DNA of 64,000 nucleotides from Octopus sinensis (lineage: Eukaryota): contig NC_042997.1 in NCBI RefSeq assembly GCF_006345805.1, positions 79,174,001 through 79,238,000 of the forward strand. The letters are read 5' to 3'. The notes under the pieces are model-generated. The model was not told the DNA's origin. It did not search any database and saw only the letters and a program-made list of their open reading frames with translations. This document shows positions 15,620-28,016 of this stretch, piece after piece (within the stretch, counting starts at the first letter, position 1; each line of letters begins with the position of its first letter). The translations under genes were made by a program, and so were the position numbers.

Positions 15620-17110
15620 ATGAACCCTGTCCCGTTAAGTCTGTTTAGTGTCACAACGACTTTATTAGCTACGTCACACAGAGAACTAAAGGGTGTGTAC
15701 AGATACACACAAATCAAATATTAAAGGTAACCTGTTCAAAATATACCGCAGATGTTAAAGGGTCTCACATCATAGATTTGCGGCTAGGGGTTAACTCGCT
15801 AAATCGTACTGAGTAATTTGATAAGTAGTTTCCGCTGCGACGATAGCGTAAAACGGAATTACGTAAATATCTGAATATTGATACAGTCAACTAAATAAAT
15901 GATGGTGGATGTCAAGGGAGTTCTTAAAATATTTGGTGCAAACTGAAAGTTACAGAAGAGAGAGATCCGAATAAGATGATAGAATTCACTCAGTCAAGTG
16001 TATATACATGATTCAGTAGAACATGCTAAGTGCGATATTGTTTACCTGGACATAAGACAATCGCTGTTAATTGAAAAATCATGTCATTCAACAATTGTCA
16101 CTTTAAAGGTGTCAACTTAGCACCCTTTATTCTTGTAAATATCATTTAAGGTGCCAACATACACATTTCACCCTTAGATACAACTTAAAATCTCTCTCAA
16201 ATCCACCTAGAAATTTCCTTAGTGATTCAAATAAACATTATTATTATCATCACTGCCACTGTCAGTCGAACAGATCCCGAATGCAAATATACAGTGAATG
16301 AATGAAACAAGTTACAATGACTTGTCTCTAAGAAAAAAGTAAATCGTTTGTTCTTACCTTCAAGTAAACAATTGTAGCATCTATGAGAAATGAACAGATC
16401 AATCGAGTATTTTCATTCGAGGTAATTGATGAATGAAATGAAGTAGCTAAAACCAGAATATTGATTTATTTGCTGCTTAGAAAACAAACGTTCTTAAAAA
16501 CAATTATATTTCCTTCGGTTGTAAGCCGACCATCGAAATTTTGACCTTAATGTAAACAGAGGAAAAACATAAAAGCAGCCGGAACTGTACGTTGTTATTA
16601 TTAATATAGGGTACAAGCACCTTTTCTCCGTTGGTTATGGATGCTGCTGGTCTCCTGCCACCAGCTTTCGGTTACGTTCTCTTCCTAATCCCCCACACAG
16701 CAATTCCTTTTCTCTTCTCTCCAACATTAGAAATATTGTAAGTCACGTGAATTGTTAACATTAGTCGTTTAAAGACATCTGTATTATATCTTAATGTGAT
16801 TGCTTTACTAATGTTACTAATTAGCTTTGTTTTCTCTGCTGCGAAACAAAACAATGCCGCATATCTATAATTTCTAGTTAAGGTGAGATGGTTAGAGATC
16901 GATCACTACTGTAAGTACAAATTCGGTTAATAATACTGCGTCGTTCGAAACCGTTATACAAAATTACAGCTACTGCATGTGTTTCAGGTTTATTCAGACT
17001 GATTCACATTTATCGTTATTTATAAACATTTTATTCAATAAGTTTTTGTATGAAAACGATCTACAGGTATGAATAGGAATCTGGCAAGATAACAATTTAC
17101 TAACGCAGAC
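15620..17110. promoter_or_regulatory. CpG-enriched island, possible promoter/first exons of an unidentified gene
   Basis: About 40 CpG in 1.5 kb by my count versus a few per kb elsewhere; GTCACGTGA E-box near 16742; donor-like sites at 16357 (-), 16045 (-) and 16738 (+). Confidence 0.45.
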
Positions 17111-17569
17111 TTGTGTAACCTGTATTTTGATAACAAGTGGTGCACTATCCACAAATATGCATGTTCAAAACTAATGTTTCAACGGGAAACTAATTACTTA
17201 CTATTACCAACCTAGTGGTGCTGAACCACCCCTTCTGTCACGTAATTCTTGGTAAATAAATAAATAAATAAAACATAATGGAAATTTCTATACCTTTTTA
17301 ATTTTTAAAAATTCTTCGAATCAAAATGTATCTCTTTATATCAGCTATTTTACTATCCCAGTCTCTCTAATAGTTTAATTCATTGTAGAAGCCATTTATT
17401 AAAATATGTCAGTTAATATAGTTTTTTCAAGTTTTATTTATTTTTAAATTAACATAAATATTTATTTACATGAAAGAAAATTACCGGAAAACATTTTCCT
17501 AATTCTTCCAAATCTTTCTGCTAAAAAATCATTAGTGGGGAAGAAAGAGAGAAAAAAAATCAAAAACAA

Positions 17570-18900
17570 TGCAGCACACGCGCTTCCACTGGCCGCATAT
17601 CACAAGGTTCAACAGAACCTACTGAAGCATTATCACGGACGATGGCGAGGCTAAATCGTTGGAAAAGCCAAGCGCCCACATAGGCATCATCTGACACCTA
17701 GATGAGGCGAGCTGCCAACAATGACAAAAAATTCACCGTTAGTTGCCCAGTCTCTCCGAACATCTCAAACGCCACAAGTTAGAAGAGATGTTCACTAGGG
17801 TTTTCTTCTGTTCGGCTACAGAAGCAGTGACCCTCCCATTTACTGCAGCATCAAGGATGTGGGAGGGAGCAACGGAGACGCAGACTGTGGCGTCCCAAAT
17901 GAGGCACCTACCTCTAACCAAGGGACAGAGTGTAAGACTATCTGGTCTCTTTCTATCACTTCTGGATAATCCTGCCAGCTCCAGAATTGAGGGGATATTA
18001 ATCCAAGCCAGGGCCCACTTAATGATTAGATTTAGCTCTGTGTGACAAGTGAAGTGACCAGCATTTAAGCAGCAAAACAGACTGTAAAGACCTGTGCATT
18101 GAGGGGCCTACCACAGTGACATCTCAGTTTCTTACAGATGTCAGTTTCCACTCTGAGTGCAATGGAGATGTGGAGTTCATCTAGACTGAGTAGACCTCCA
18201 ATGTTGGCCACAAACCAGGGCATCAATCCAATTTTGCATTAGCTGAAAGTAGGTGACACCTTGAAAATTGATCAGATTGATCAAGGAGAAGGTTGAAAGT
18301 GGCACCTGAACACAGATTGTCCCATACTCTCTGCTTCCGTCTATTCTTAACTGTAACAGGAACTGACAAACCCAGCTCTCACCACAGTAATAGAGCCTCA
18401 ACCATCTCTCTGTTGGAATTAGTCCATGTTAGAGAGGAAAGGATGTTGCTTACCAAAGGGGAGCAAGCATGGATGGAGGAAAGTAAACAGGGAAGAGATA
18501 AAGACAAGCACTTGCGCAGACCTAGACCCCCAAACCTTTTGGGCAAAGTAGCCTGGTCGTGGAACTCTGGGGAGAGTTTAATATTGACCAAGCATTCAAC
18601 TTTCCTGAAGATTAGGTTGTCAAAGTATTGGAAAGATGACAGAAAATACAATAGCTTGGGAATTGACAAGTAATTCCTAAGTATCAAAAAACTTTGGTGG
18701 GGCTTGATTAGATTTTTTTAAAAGTTGTTCAAGGTTAGCTATTTCGGATTGAAAGATGGACTTGAAAGCTAGGTCATGCTCCCTTGGAACCCTAATGGGT
18801 TCCAAGGGAGCACCATGCTGATGAAGGAGGAATCATGATTGAGGAGCGGGATTCAACAAATAGTTTAGTAGTCTGCTCATGCAAAGTACTTTCAGAATAT
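17570..18900 (-). mobile_element. Degraded CRE-like (RLE-type) non-LTR retrotransposon, 3' half
   Basis: QATLPKRFGGLGLR; GHFTCHTELNLII...LSRSDRKRPDSLTLCPLVRGRCLIWDAT (zinc knuckle/RLE PD-D region); C-terminal QRFSLAIVRDNA. Confidence 0.75.
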
Positions 18901-20234
18901 ACCCAGTATTGGATTCCTCTTGATTTGAGAAATAAAAAGAAACAGTGCATAAAACTGCATAAAAAGTGTTAAGATTTGATACAAACATAAAATAATTATT
19001 TCTAATTTGGGTACAAGGCTAGTAATTTGGGGAAAAGGGTTTAGCCCATTACATTGATCCCCAGTACATGGGCAAAGTTAATCTTGGAAGAATTTGAGCT
19101 GGAACAAACGTTACAATGTTTTCTGTTGCTTTAATGATTCTGCCAATCCACCATCCTGATTGTAGGCACAAAATAGTTACTATCTGGTATAGCCTAGCAT
19201 AGTTAAACAAATATTAAACAATGCTGAAAATCTGTTGAAGTGGGAAAACATGAAAGTTCTAACTTACACATACTTTTGGGTTTGATAAATTTCACCTTCT
19301 TCCCTTAATTTTAAATTCATTTATAACTACTAACAAGACCCGTGAATATTTCACGGAATTAATAGTAAAGTTATTGGATTATTTCTGAAAACTTTATCCA
19401 AAAACCTGAAAGTGTAGCCTGTGTGGTGTCTGTATCAAAAGATAATCACTCATCTGCTACTCATTGAAAAGGGAAGGAAATTGGAATACGATGATTATTT
19501 AATGCACTTTATATACTTTATGCATAATTTTACAGACTTGATACACAGCACTTTCTCTCTCACTCTTTGCCTTAGCCTCTTTTTCTCTCTTTTTTCTTTT
19601 GCTCTTTGCCTTTCCCTTCAAATAATCACATGAAAGCATCACAGACAGGCTATGTAACAGAGGAAAAAAACTTAGTTAAAAAAAAAATACACATTTCACC
19701 CATCTCTCCCACTCCCTATCTCTCTCCTCCCCTCTCCGTCTCCCCACCCCATTCTCCTTCAACTAATCACATGGAAGTATTATGGATGGGCTAATTAACG
19801 GAGAAACAAGCAGGATTATCATATTTGAAGTTCATAAGGCATTAATTTGGAGTAATAACTATTTTATCTGCGGTAACATAACTGAATGGTTGCTTAACTT
19901 GCTAGAAACAACAACCAAATTACTCACCACAGTTTCAAAAAAGAATACATTGGATAATATAGTTCTAGGTTGGCTGCATATAGGAAAAAGATGGAACGGT
20001 CCCAGCTAGAATGTTTTTGGTTTGGAGACAAACAATGTAGAAAGGATGCAAGGTGTATTTATTTAAAATATGCTGTCAGTTTGCAATGAATAGAATTACA
20101 CCACTTGGAATATTTTCTTGAAGACAGATTACACTTGACTTTTGACCTAAGTTGATCATTATTTTAATCAGCACTTTTATACAGCTCTGTTTGTTCAATC
20201 ATAATGAGTAAGGAATTTCTTCCCACATTTCAAA

Positions 20235-20733
20235 CTTCTGGGGCTTACTGTGGCACGTAAAAAGCACCAACCGTTCGTGGCCGTTGCCAGCCTACCCTGG
20301 CACGTAAAAAGCACCATCCTTACGTGACCGATGCCAGCGCCGCCTTGACTAGCTTCCGTGCCGGTAGTATGTAAAAAGCACCAACCGTTCGTGGCCGTTG
20401 CCAGCCTACCCTGGCACATGTGCCGGTGGCACATAAAAAGCACCATCTGTACGTGGCCGATGCCAGCACCGCCTTGACTGGCTTCTGTGCCGGTGGCACA
20501 GAAAAAGCACCTACCGATCGTGGCCATTGCCAGCCTTCCCTGGCACCTGTGCTGGTGGCACGTAAAAAGCACCCACTACACTCACGGAATGGTTGGCATT
20601 AGGAAGGGCATCCAGCTGTAGAAACACTGCCAGATCAGACTGGAGCCTGGTGCAGCCTCCTGGCTTCCCAGACCCCGGTCGAACCGTCCAACCCATGCTA
20701 GCATGGAAAACGGACGTTAAATGATGATGATGA
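20235..20733 (+). mobile_element. RTE 3'-UTR-only copy with tandem hairpin units
   Basis: Same tail as 27800-27994; about 6 GTGGCACGTAAAAAGCACC units; candidate TSD ATTTCAAA. Confidence 0.88.
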
Positions 20734-23700
20734 TATTTCAAAAAAAATGTTTACAGTAGACATAACTCATCAGAATTGTATTTTAAGTTCTTGTATTCTG
20801 GAGCTGTACTAAACTGGGTTTTATGCCTATTTCTTCTATCCATCAGTGTAGATCATTAGGGATAGTTCCCAAAGCACTTATAACCATTGTGATACATTTT
20901 ACCCATACTTTCCATAATCTCTGTAATTCAATAGCTAAGTCCTGGTTACTTTGCTATTTTTTCATGCATGAAATATGGTCATGATAAAATCACATAAAAA
21001 ATTTTATACATTTAGAGATTACGTGATTGGTAATAAGGAAATGACTTGTAGAATATGGTAGTAATCACTCTGATAATACAATATAAACATGTTTCTATTG
21101 TTACACATTGAGTAATTATAACCTGTCTTGTTTGTGATGTCAGAATAAACAGGCACAATTTGCTTGGTTATTAGATATGTAAAAAGGATCAATGCTACAA
21201 GAATGTGAAGAAATTGATAAAATAAAAAGGTTTTGGTTGAAACATCAAACCATTTCTCACTATGACACTCATGTGTCTAATGAATTTAAATAAAAATGAA
21301 TTAAGAATAAAACTGAGAATCTGACATGTTAGACAATGTATATGAAGGAGATAGACAACTTGATGTCTATTGGAAGTGCCATAAATTAGTGACTGTGGAT
21401 AAAAGAGACTTGAAATGCTCCTGTCAATCTTAAAAAAGCAAAACAAAGCAGTTGATATTACAGATGTGTATTGCAGAAAATTAACTGAAATACTTTGGTG
21501 TCCACATGCAATGATTGGAAATGGCTAATTGATTCCATGTTAGATTTGGCTTAACCAGAAAGACTGAAATGCAGTAAGAACAATGTGCACTCCTCCTTTT
21601 TGTGATTAGAACATCCAAAAAATGAAAACTCAGAATTTATATTTGTATTATAAATTGTTTAAAGGTGTTCATAGTTAGATTAATACTCAACCTCTATAGA
21701 AAATGTCTCCATTTCAAAATAGAATTGATATTTAAACCTGGATTTTGTAGAATGAAGAAGATGAGACACTAATCTCTAACTTGACTGGGTGCTAAATTAT
21801 GGGTAGCATTTCCAGTCCAGATATAACTTCATGAACCGGAAATGGTTATTTTGTTCCCATTTCAGTACCTAAACTCTTCAGTACTCAACAAATTATTTCA
21901 TATAAGAACATAAATATGATTTTCAGTTTGAAATTAATATTTTCCATAACACATGTTTTATTTATCACATCAATCTTCCCATGCCATTTCATAAAATGCT
22001 TGAGTCGTACAATCCAGCATCATAACATCATTATGAATATACCTTTTAAATGGTATTTCCAAGTCAACTCTTATATCACAATATCGTACCAGTCTACCTG
22101 ACTTTTTATCTCATTTAGTATATTTATTATATATTTCAATCTTCTCAGGTTCTTTTGGTGTTGTTTTGATCCATCCTCAGACCTTATATGAAAAATTGGG
22201 TCCTTCTTGAGAGCATCGTTCTCAATCATAAAGCACTCTTTTTTTATTTCAGTATTTATGTTCAACTATAATCATCATCATTATTTTAACATCCACTTTT
22301 CCATACTTGTACGAATCAGACAGAATGCATTGAGGCAAATTTTGTATAGCTAGATACCTTCCTGTCAAAAACTGAAATAAGATATTACCTTATGGGCAAT
22401 CCTTTACAGCTGTTCTAGGGATTTGATGATCAGTAAGTGCAATAATGTACCTTGCATACATTTACAAGGAGTAACTTGGTCTGCAAATGTATATGAATAA
22501 TACAAATTTAAATTACTGTGTCATCTACCTCATCATCAGATTGTTTGCATTCTTCTCTCTCTTATTTGTGATGTTAGAGTATGAACTCTCCGAATATCTA
22601 CCAATCTATGAAGAACTAATATAGAGGAGAATTGCTAGGATTCTCCTCTCTGTCTGTGATATTAGATAATAAGCTTCCTGGATATCTGCCAATCTATGAA
22701 GAACTATAATGGGCTTAGTTTTCTTGTTTAATTATATTTTTAATACTCATTCTGTATAACATATTTATAAATACTTTGTTGCTATTAACAACCGCCACTC
22801 CAGCTTTTGCTTTATTATACTGTCATTAGCCAACTGCTACATTTTGTACGGTCAACTCTTGTTCACCTGGATTCTGTATCCTATTGTTTGATGTTGGATG
22901 TTAGGTATTTGATCCAGTCCAAGGAATAATCTATTATACACCTTTTGATGTAATCTTACTCATTATGTCATCATCATCGTTGTTGTTGTAATTTAACATC
23001 AGTTTTCCTTGCTGACATGGGTTGGATGTTTCAACAGTATCCAGCAACCCGAAGGGCTGCACCAAGCTCCATGTCAGCTTTCGCATGGTTTTTACAGCTG
23101 GATGCTCTTCCTAAAGCTAGTTACTCTACAGTGTGTGTTGGGGTTTTTTGTTTTTTTTTCATGCATGCCACTGGCATTAGTGCGATTGCCAAATAACTTG
23201 CAAGACAGAAAAGAACAAGTACGAGAATATATATATTACATATAAATACACATATATATAATCTTCCTCATCAGAAATTTTTCTAAATCATAAAATATTG
23301 ATTTGTTTTTGCAAGGCACAATGCCACATTTCCACAAAGGAGAACTGTAACTGATTGAATCATTTTCATTGTGGTTCTGGTACTTTTCTGTTAACTCTAC
23401 AAGAATGAAAGGCAAAGTTGTCTATTGAGCAATTTGATTTAAGAGCTACAGGGAACCTAAATACTCTGGTATTACTTGTAATTATTAATTCATTAAATAC
23501 CTTCACCCTCCAACTGTTTCAAAGAATTTTGTTAGATCTTGGTAATTTCCTTATTATTCTGTATTATGATAAAATAAAATGTTAATTGAATGTATACCAA
23601 CAGGCCATTAAAATTCTCTTTTATGATATTCTACAGTGAAGAATATATAGTTCACCGAAGCCTGATGCAGATTGTTTTGTCATTCAGATTATTGTTGTTG

Positions 23701-24530
23701 ATTATATTTATAACTTTGTAAATGGCAAATATAAGCTGAAATTTTCAAATATGAATTTTCTTACTGTAATATCACAAGATATTTCAGGGAAATGAGAGAT
23801 GAAAGGGAATTTTCATCTTCCTTTACCCTAAAATTTACTGTTAAGTTAAAGTAACGATTAGAATGATATAACAGGGTTTGCAGAATGAGTAATTTAAAAA
23901 TAATAAGAATGCATTATACAAGAAGTGTGCAGACTTATATTGAAAACTATACAAATGTAAAGCAGGATGATAAACTCTTTTGTGATTATGTTTTTAACAA
24001 GAAAAAAATGTGTAGCAGTTAAGTTTTAAAATCAAAAATTTTCTATTATTTCATTTCATTTTCACTATCTCAGAGAAAATCATCTAATAAATGATGAAAC
24101 AGGCCGAAGGTATTGTTCAAGCCATAACATCCCATAGTTTTTCTCAGACCTGCTGTCTTTTTTAGCTAGAGGTGACTGCTATTTCTAGCAGGTCATGCAA
24201 TCAAGTAAGGTTTCATTTATTTTATCTGTATATTGTTTGTTTGGAATATAATTTAAAAAGTTTCTTCATAAAACTATGATGGAATTTCTACCAATGGAAA
24301 TTTTATGTTACTAACATACAGGTTTTGAATTTAAATCATAAACATTCTAACACAGGCAATTTGGGACAGGATGGTATTACAGGGCCATCACTTGTAGGTT
24401 AAAATAGTGTGAATTGCAGCTTTCTTTATATACTAGATAACAAATTATAACATTGTCTGAGAATATGTAGTTTGAAATATTACATAAACATGTTCCTCTT
24501 TCTTAGATAACATAAATTTTAACCTCTAGC

Positions 24531-24570
<40 letters not shown>

Positions 24571-24572
<2 letters not shown>

Positions 24573-27442
24573 TTTCTGGGCAGGGAACACTGACGGGGTC
24601 GGGGGCGTGGGTATACTTCTTGCGGAGAAATAGGTAGATAAGGTAATCGAGGTAGTCAGAGTAAGTGATAGAGTACTTAAGATTAGATTAGTGCTTCACC
24701 ATAGGTCAGCTACCATCATCTCGGCATATGCCCCTCAACCAGGGCTACCGGAAGGACAGAAAGACCAATTCTACGACACCCTATTGCGGACTACCTCGTT
24801 GACAAATGACAGTGACCTTCTCTTTGTGGCAGGTGATTTCAATGGACATGTTGGACGGCATGTTGGGAGCTTCCATGGCGTTCATGGAGGCTACGGTTTT
24901 GGCTCTCGAAATGAGGAGGGAACCAGGCTGCTGGAGTTCTGCGATGCAAATGACCTTATGGTTTGCAATACCAACTTCAGGAAACCCACCTCTCACCTAG
25001 TCACCTACCGTTCTGGCAGACACACTAGTCAGATTGACTACATCCTCGCCAGAAAGAGGGAAAGAGGGCTGCTTATAAATGCCAAAACCTTTCCAGGCGA
25101 AGAATGTACTCCTCAACATAGATTAGTAGTTAGCGACATCAGGATCAGAGCTAAATGGCTGCCCAGAAGAAGACCAGCTTGGAGGAGAAGGGTCTGGAAG
25201 CTTAAAGATCCTGCAAATGGACAGAGATTTAGAGACATACTACTCGAAGCCTTTGACGAAATAGAAGGGGATGTAACTTCACTTAATGTGGAAGACAACT
25301 GGAGATTTCTACGGGACAATCTGCTGACAGCCACTGACCAGATCTGTGGATGGAGCAAAGTCCCGTCTCGACCCAGAGTAACATGGTGGTGGAACAATGT
25401 GGTTGACAGGGCTATTAGACAAAAGAAACGGGCTTGGAGGGACTGGAAGAACGGTGGTAGCAGGGAATTGTATCAGACAGCCAGAAGGGAAGCTAGGAGA
25501 CACGTTTATTTAGCCAGAGGGGAAGCGGATAAGAAAAAATTTGCCAATGTTCTGCACCGTGAGGATGAAAGACTTGAGGTATTTCGTGTTGCAAGACAGT
25601 GTATGAGAGAGAATCGTGATGTGGTAGGAGAGAAATGTGTCCGCATGGATGATGGTTCACTTGCGCTAAATGAGGATGCAAAGAGAGAGGTTTGGAGATG
25701 CCACTATGAAAGGTTGCTAAATAAAGAAAATGAATGGGATAAAGAGAGCCTGCCAAATGTCAACCCAACAGAGGGTCCAGCCATCCGAGTTGATAATTCT
25801 TTGATAGTTAAAGCAATTAGAAGCATGAAGACAGGGAAAGCCCCAGGCCCATCAAGAATTACTGCAGAGATGCTCAAAATATCTGGCAGTGTCGGTTATA
25901 ACCTAGTCACCCGTATAGTTAACCAGGTGATACACGAAGGAGTCATACCCAATGACTGGTGTAGCAGCATACTAGTCAACTGCTACAAAGGTAAAGGAGA
26001 CGCCCTAGATACAAATAATTACAGAGGTATCAAGCTGTTGGATCAGGTAATGAAGGGTACAGAGAGGGTCATAGCTCAACTGATTAGGGAGAGAGTCAAC
26101 TTGGATGAGATGCAGTTTGGTTTCATGCCAGGGAAAAGCACCACTGATGCCATATTTCTGGGGAGACAGCAGCAGGAGAAATACCTAGCCAAAGATAAGC
26201 CCCTGTACCTGGCTTTCGTTGACATGGAGAAAGCCTTTGACAGGGTCCCTAGATCCATTATCTGGTGGTCAATGAGGAAACTAGGGATAGATGAATGGCT
26301 GGTGAGGGCTGTGCAAGCCATGTACAGGGATGCTGTAAGTAAGGTTAGGGTTGGCAACATGTACACAGAAGAATTCAAAGTAGAGGTTGGGGTCCACCAG
26401 GGTTCAGTACTCAGCCCCCTCCTATTTATCATAGTCCTCCAGGCAATTACGGAGGAATTCAAGACAGGTTGCCCCTGGGAGCTCCTATATGCTGACGACC
26501 TTGCTCTAATTGCAGAGTCACTATCAGAACTGGAGGAGAAGTTCCAGGTGTGGAAGGAGGTTCTAGAATCGAGGGGCCTTAGAGTCAACCTAGAAAAAAC
26601 CAAAGTAGTAATAAGTAGGAAGGTAGACAATCCACAAATGTCTTCAGGAAGATGGCCCTGCTCGATCTGTAGAAAAGGTGTAGGTAGAAACTCTATAAGA
26701 TGTACCCAGTGTAAGCTATGGACACATAAGAGGTGCAGCAATGTCAAAGGAAGGCTAACTGGGAAGATAGTTTTTGTATGTGGCAGATGCTCGGGAGCAT
26801 TAACCTCTGAAAATCTGCAGAAAACAACTTCCGTCACTTTCCAGGGGAAAAAACTAGAAGTAGTTGATAGCTTCCGCTATCTTGGTGACCAAGTCAGTAG
26901 TGGGGGTGGGTGTGCTGAAAGTGTAATGGCTAGAGTAAGAATAGCCTGGGCAAAGTTTAGGGAGCTCTTACCTCTGCTGGTGACTAAAGGCCTCTCGCCC
27001 AGAGTAAAAGGCAGACTGTATGATGCATGTGTACGAACAGCCATGCTACATGGCAGTGAAACATGGGCCGTGACTGCTGAGGACATGCGTAAGCTCGCAA
27101 GAAATGAAGCCAGTATGCTCCGATGGATGTGTAATGTCAGTGTGCATGCTCGACAGAGCGTTAGTACCTTGAGAAATGTTGGGCCTAAGGAGCATCAGTT
27201 GTGGTGTGCAAGAGAGACGATTGCGCTGGTATGGTCATGTGGCGAGAATGGATGAAGATAGGTGTGTGAAAAAGTGCCAATCCCTAGCAGTGGAGGGAAC
27301 CCGTGGAAGAGGTAGACCCAGGAAAACTTGGGATGAGGTGGTGAAGCACGACCTTCGAACTTTAGGTCTCACTGAGGAAATGACCAGTGACCGAGACCTT
27401 TGGAAATTTGCTGTGCGTGAAAAGACCAGGCAGGACAAGTGA
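24571..27442 (+). pseudogene. RTE ORF2 (EN-RT), disabled by a TAG at about 24630 and a frameshift at about 27175
   Basis: 854-aa ORF 24691-27255. The true C-terminus (RLRWYGHV...GRGRPRKTW) continues in another frame to 27442. Confidence 0.9.
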
Positions 27443-27994
27443 GTCCAGCACACTTATGCATGCCTTTCCTCCCTTGGACACACAAAGACCTGTTGAGGCA
27501 AGCGAAGTCGATATCGAACTTCATTGCGAAGACCTGTTGGGGCAAGTGAAATCGGAATCGAAATTGAACCAATCCTATGACTGGCACCAGGCAGATGCCA
27601 GGACCCCTGGACTGGAGATACATAAAAAGCACTATCCGAATCGTGGCCAATGCCAGCGCCGCTTCGACTGGCTTCCGTGTCGGTGGCACGTAAAAAGCAC
27701 CATCCGAATCGTGGCCGAAGCCAGTGCCGCCTCGACTGGCTTCCGTGCAGGTGGCACGTAAAATGCACCAATCCGACCGTGGCCAATGCCAGCCTCGCCT
27801 GGCACCAGTGCAGGTGGCACGTAAAAAGCACCCACTACACTCTCGGAGTGGTTGGCGTTAGGAAGGGCATCCAGCTGTAGAAACTTTGCCAGATAAGACC
27901 GGAGCCTGGTGCAGCCTTCTGGCTTCCCAGATCCCCGGTCGAACCGTCCAACCCATGCTAGCATGAAGAACGGACGTTAAACGATGATGATGAT
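24571..27994 (+). mobile_element. Young RTE-clade LINE, 5'-truncated: APE C-terminal part, RT with internal PHD-type finger, 3' UTR repeat array, (GAT)n tail
   Basis: AYAPQ, GDFNGHVG, SQIDYIL, QHRLVV (APE); NYRGIKLL, QFGFMPGKSTTDA, GVHQGSVLSPLLF, YADD, FRYLG (RT); flanked by ATATATATATATACACATAT on both sides. Confidence 0.96.
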
Positions 27995-28016
27995 ATATAT
28001 ATATACACATATATAT

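Noticed and set aside
16637-16741. 34-aa ORF MDAAGLLPPAFGYVLF... ending at a GTAAGT motif
   Set aside because: No homology recognised and no downstream exon found. Noted only as part of the CpG island.
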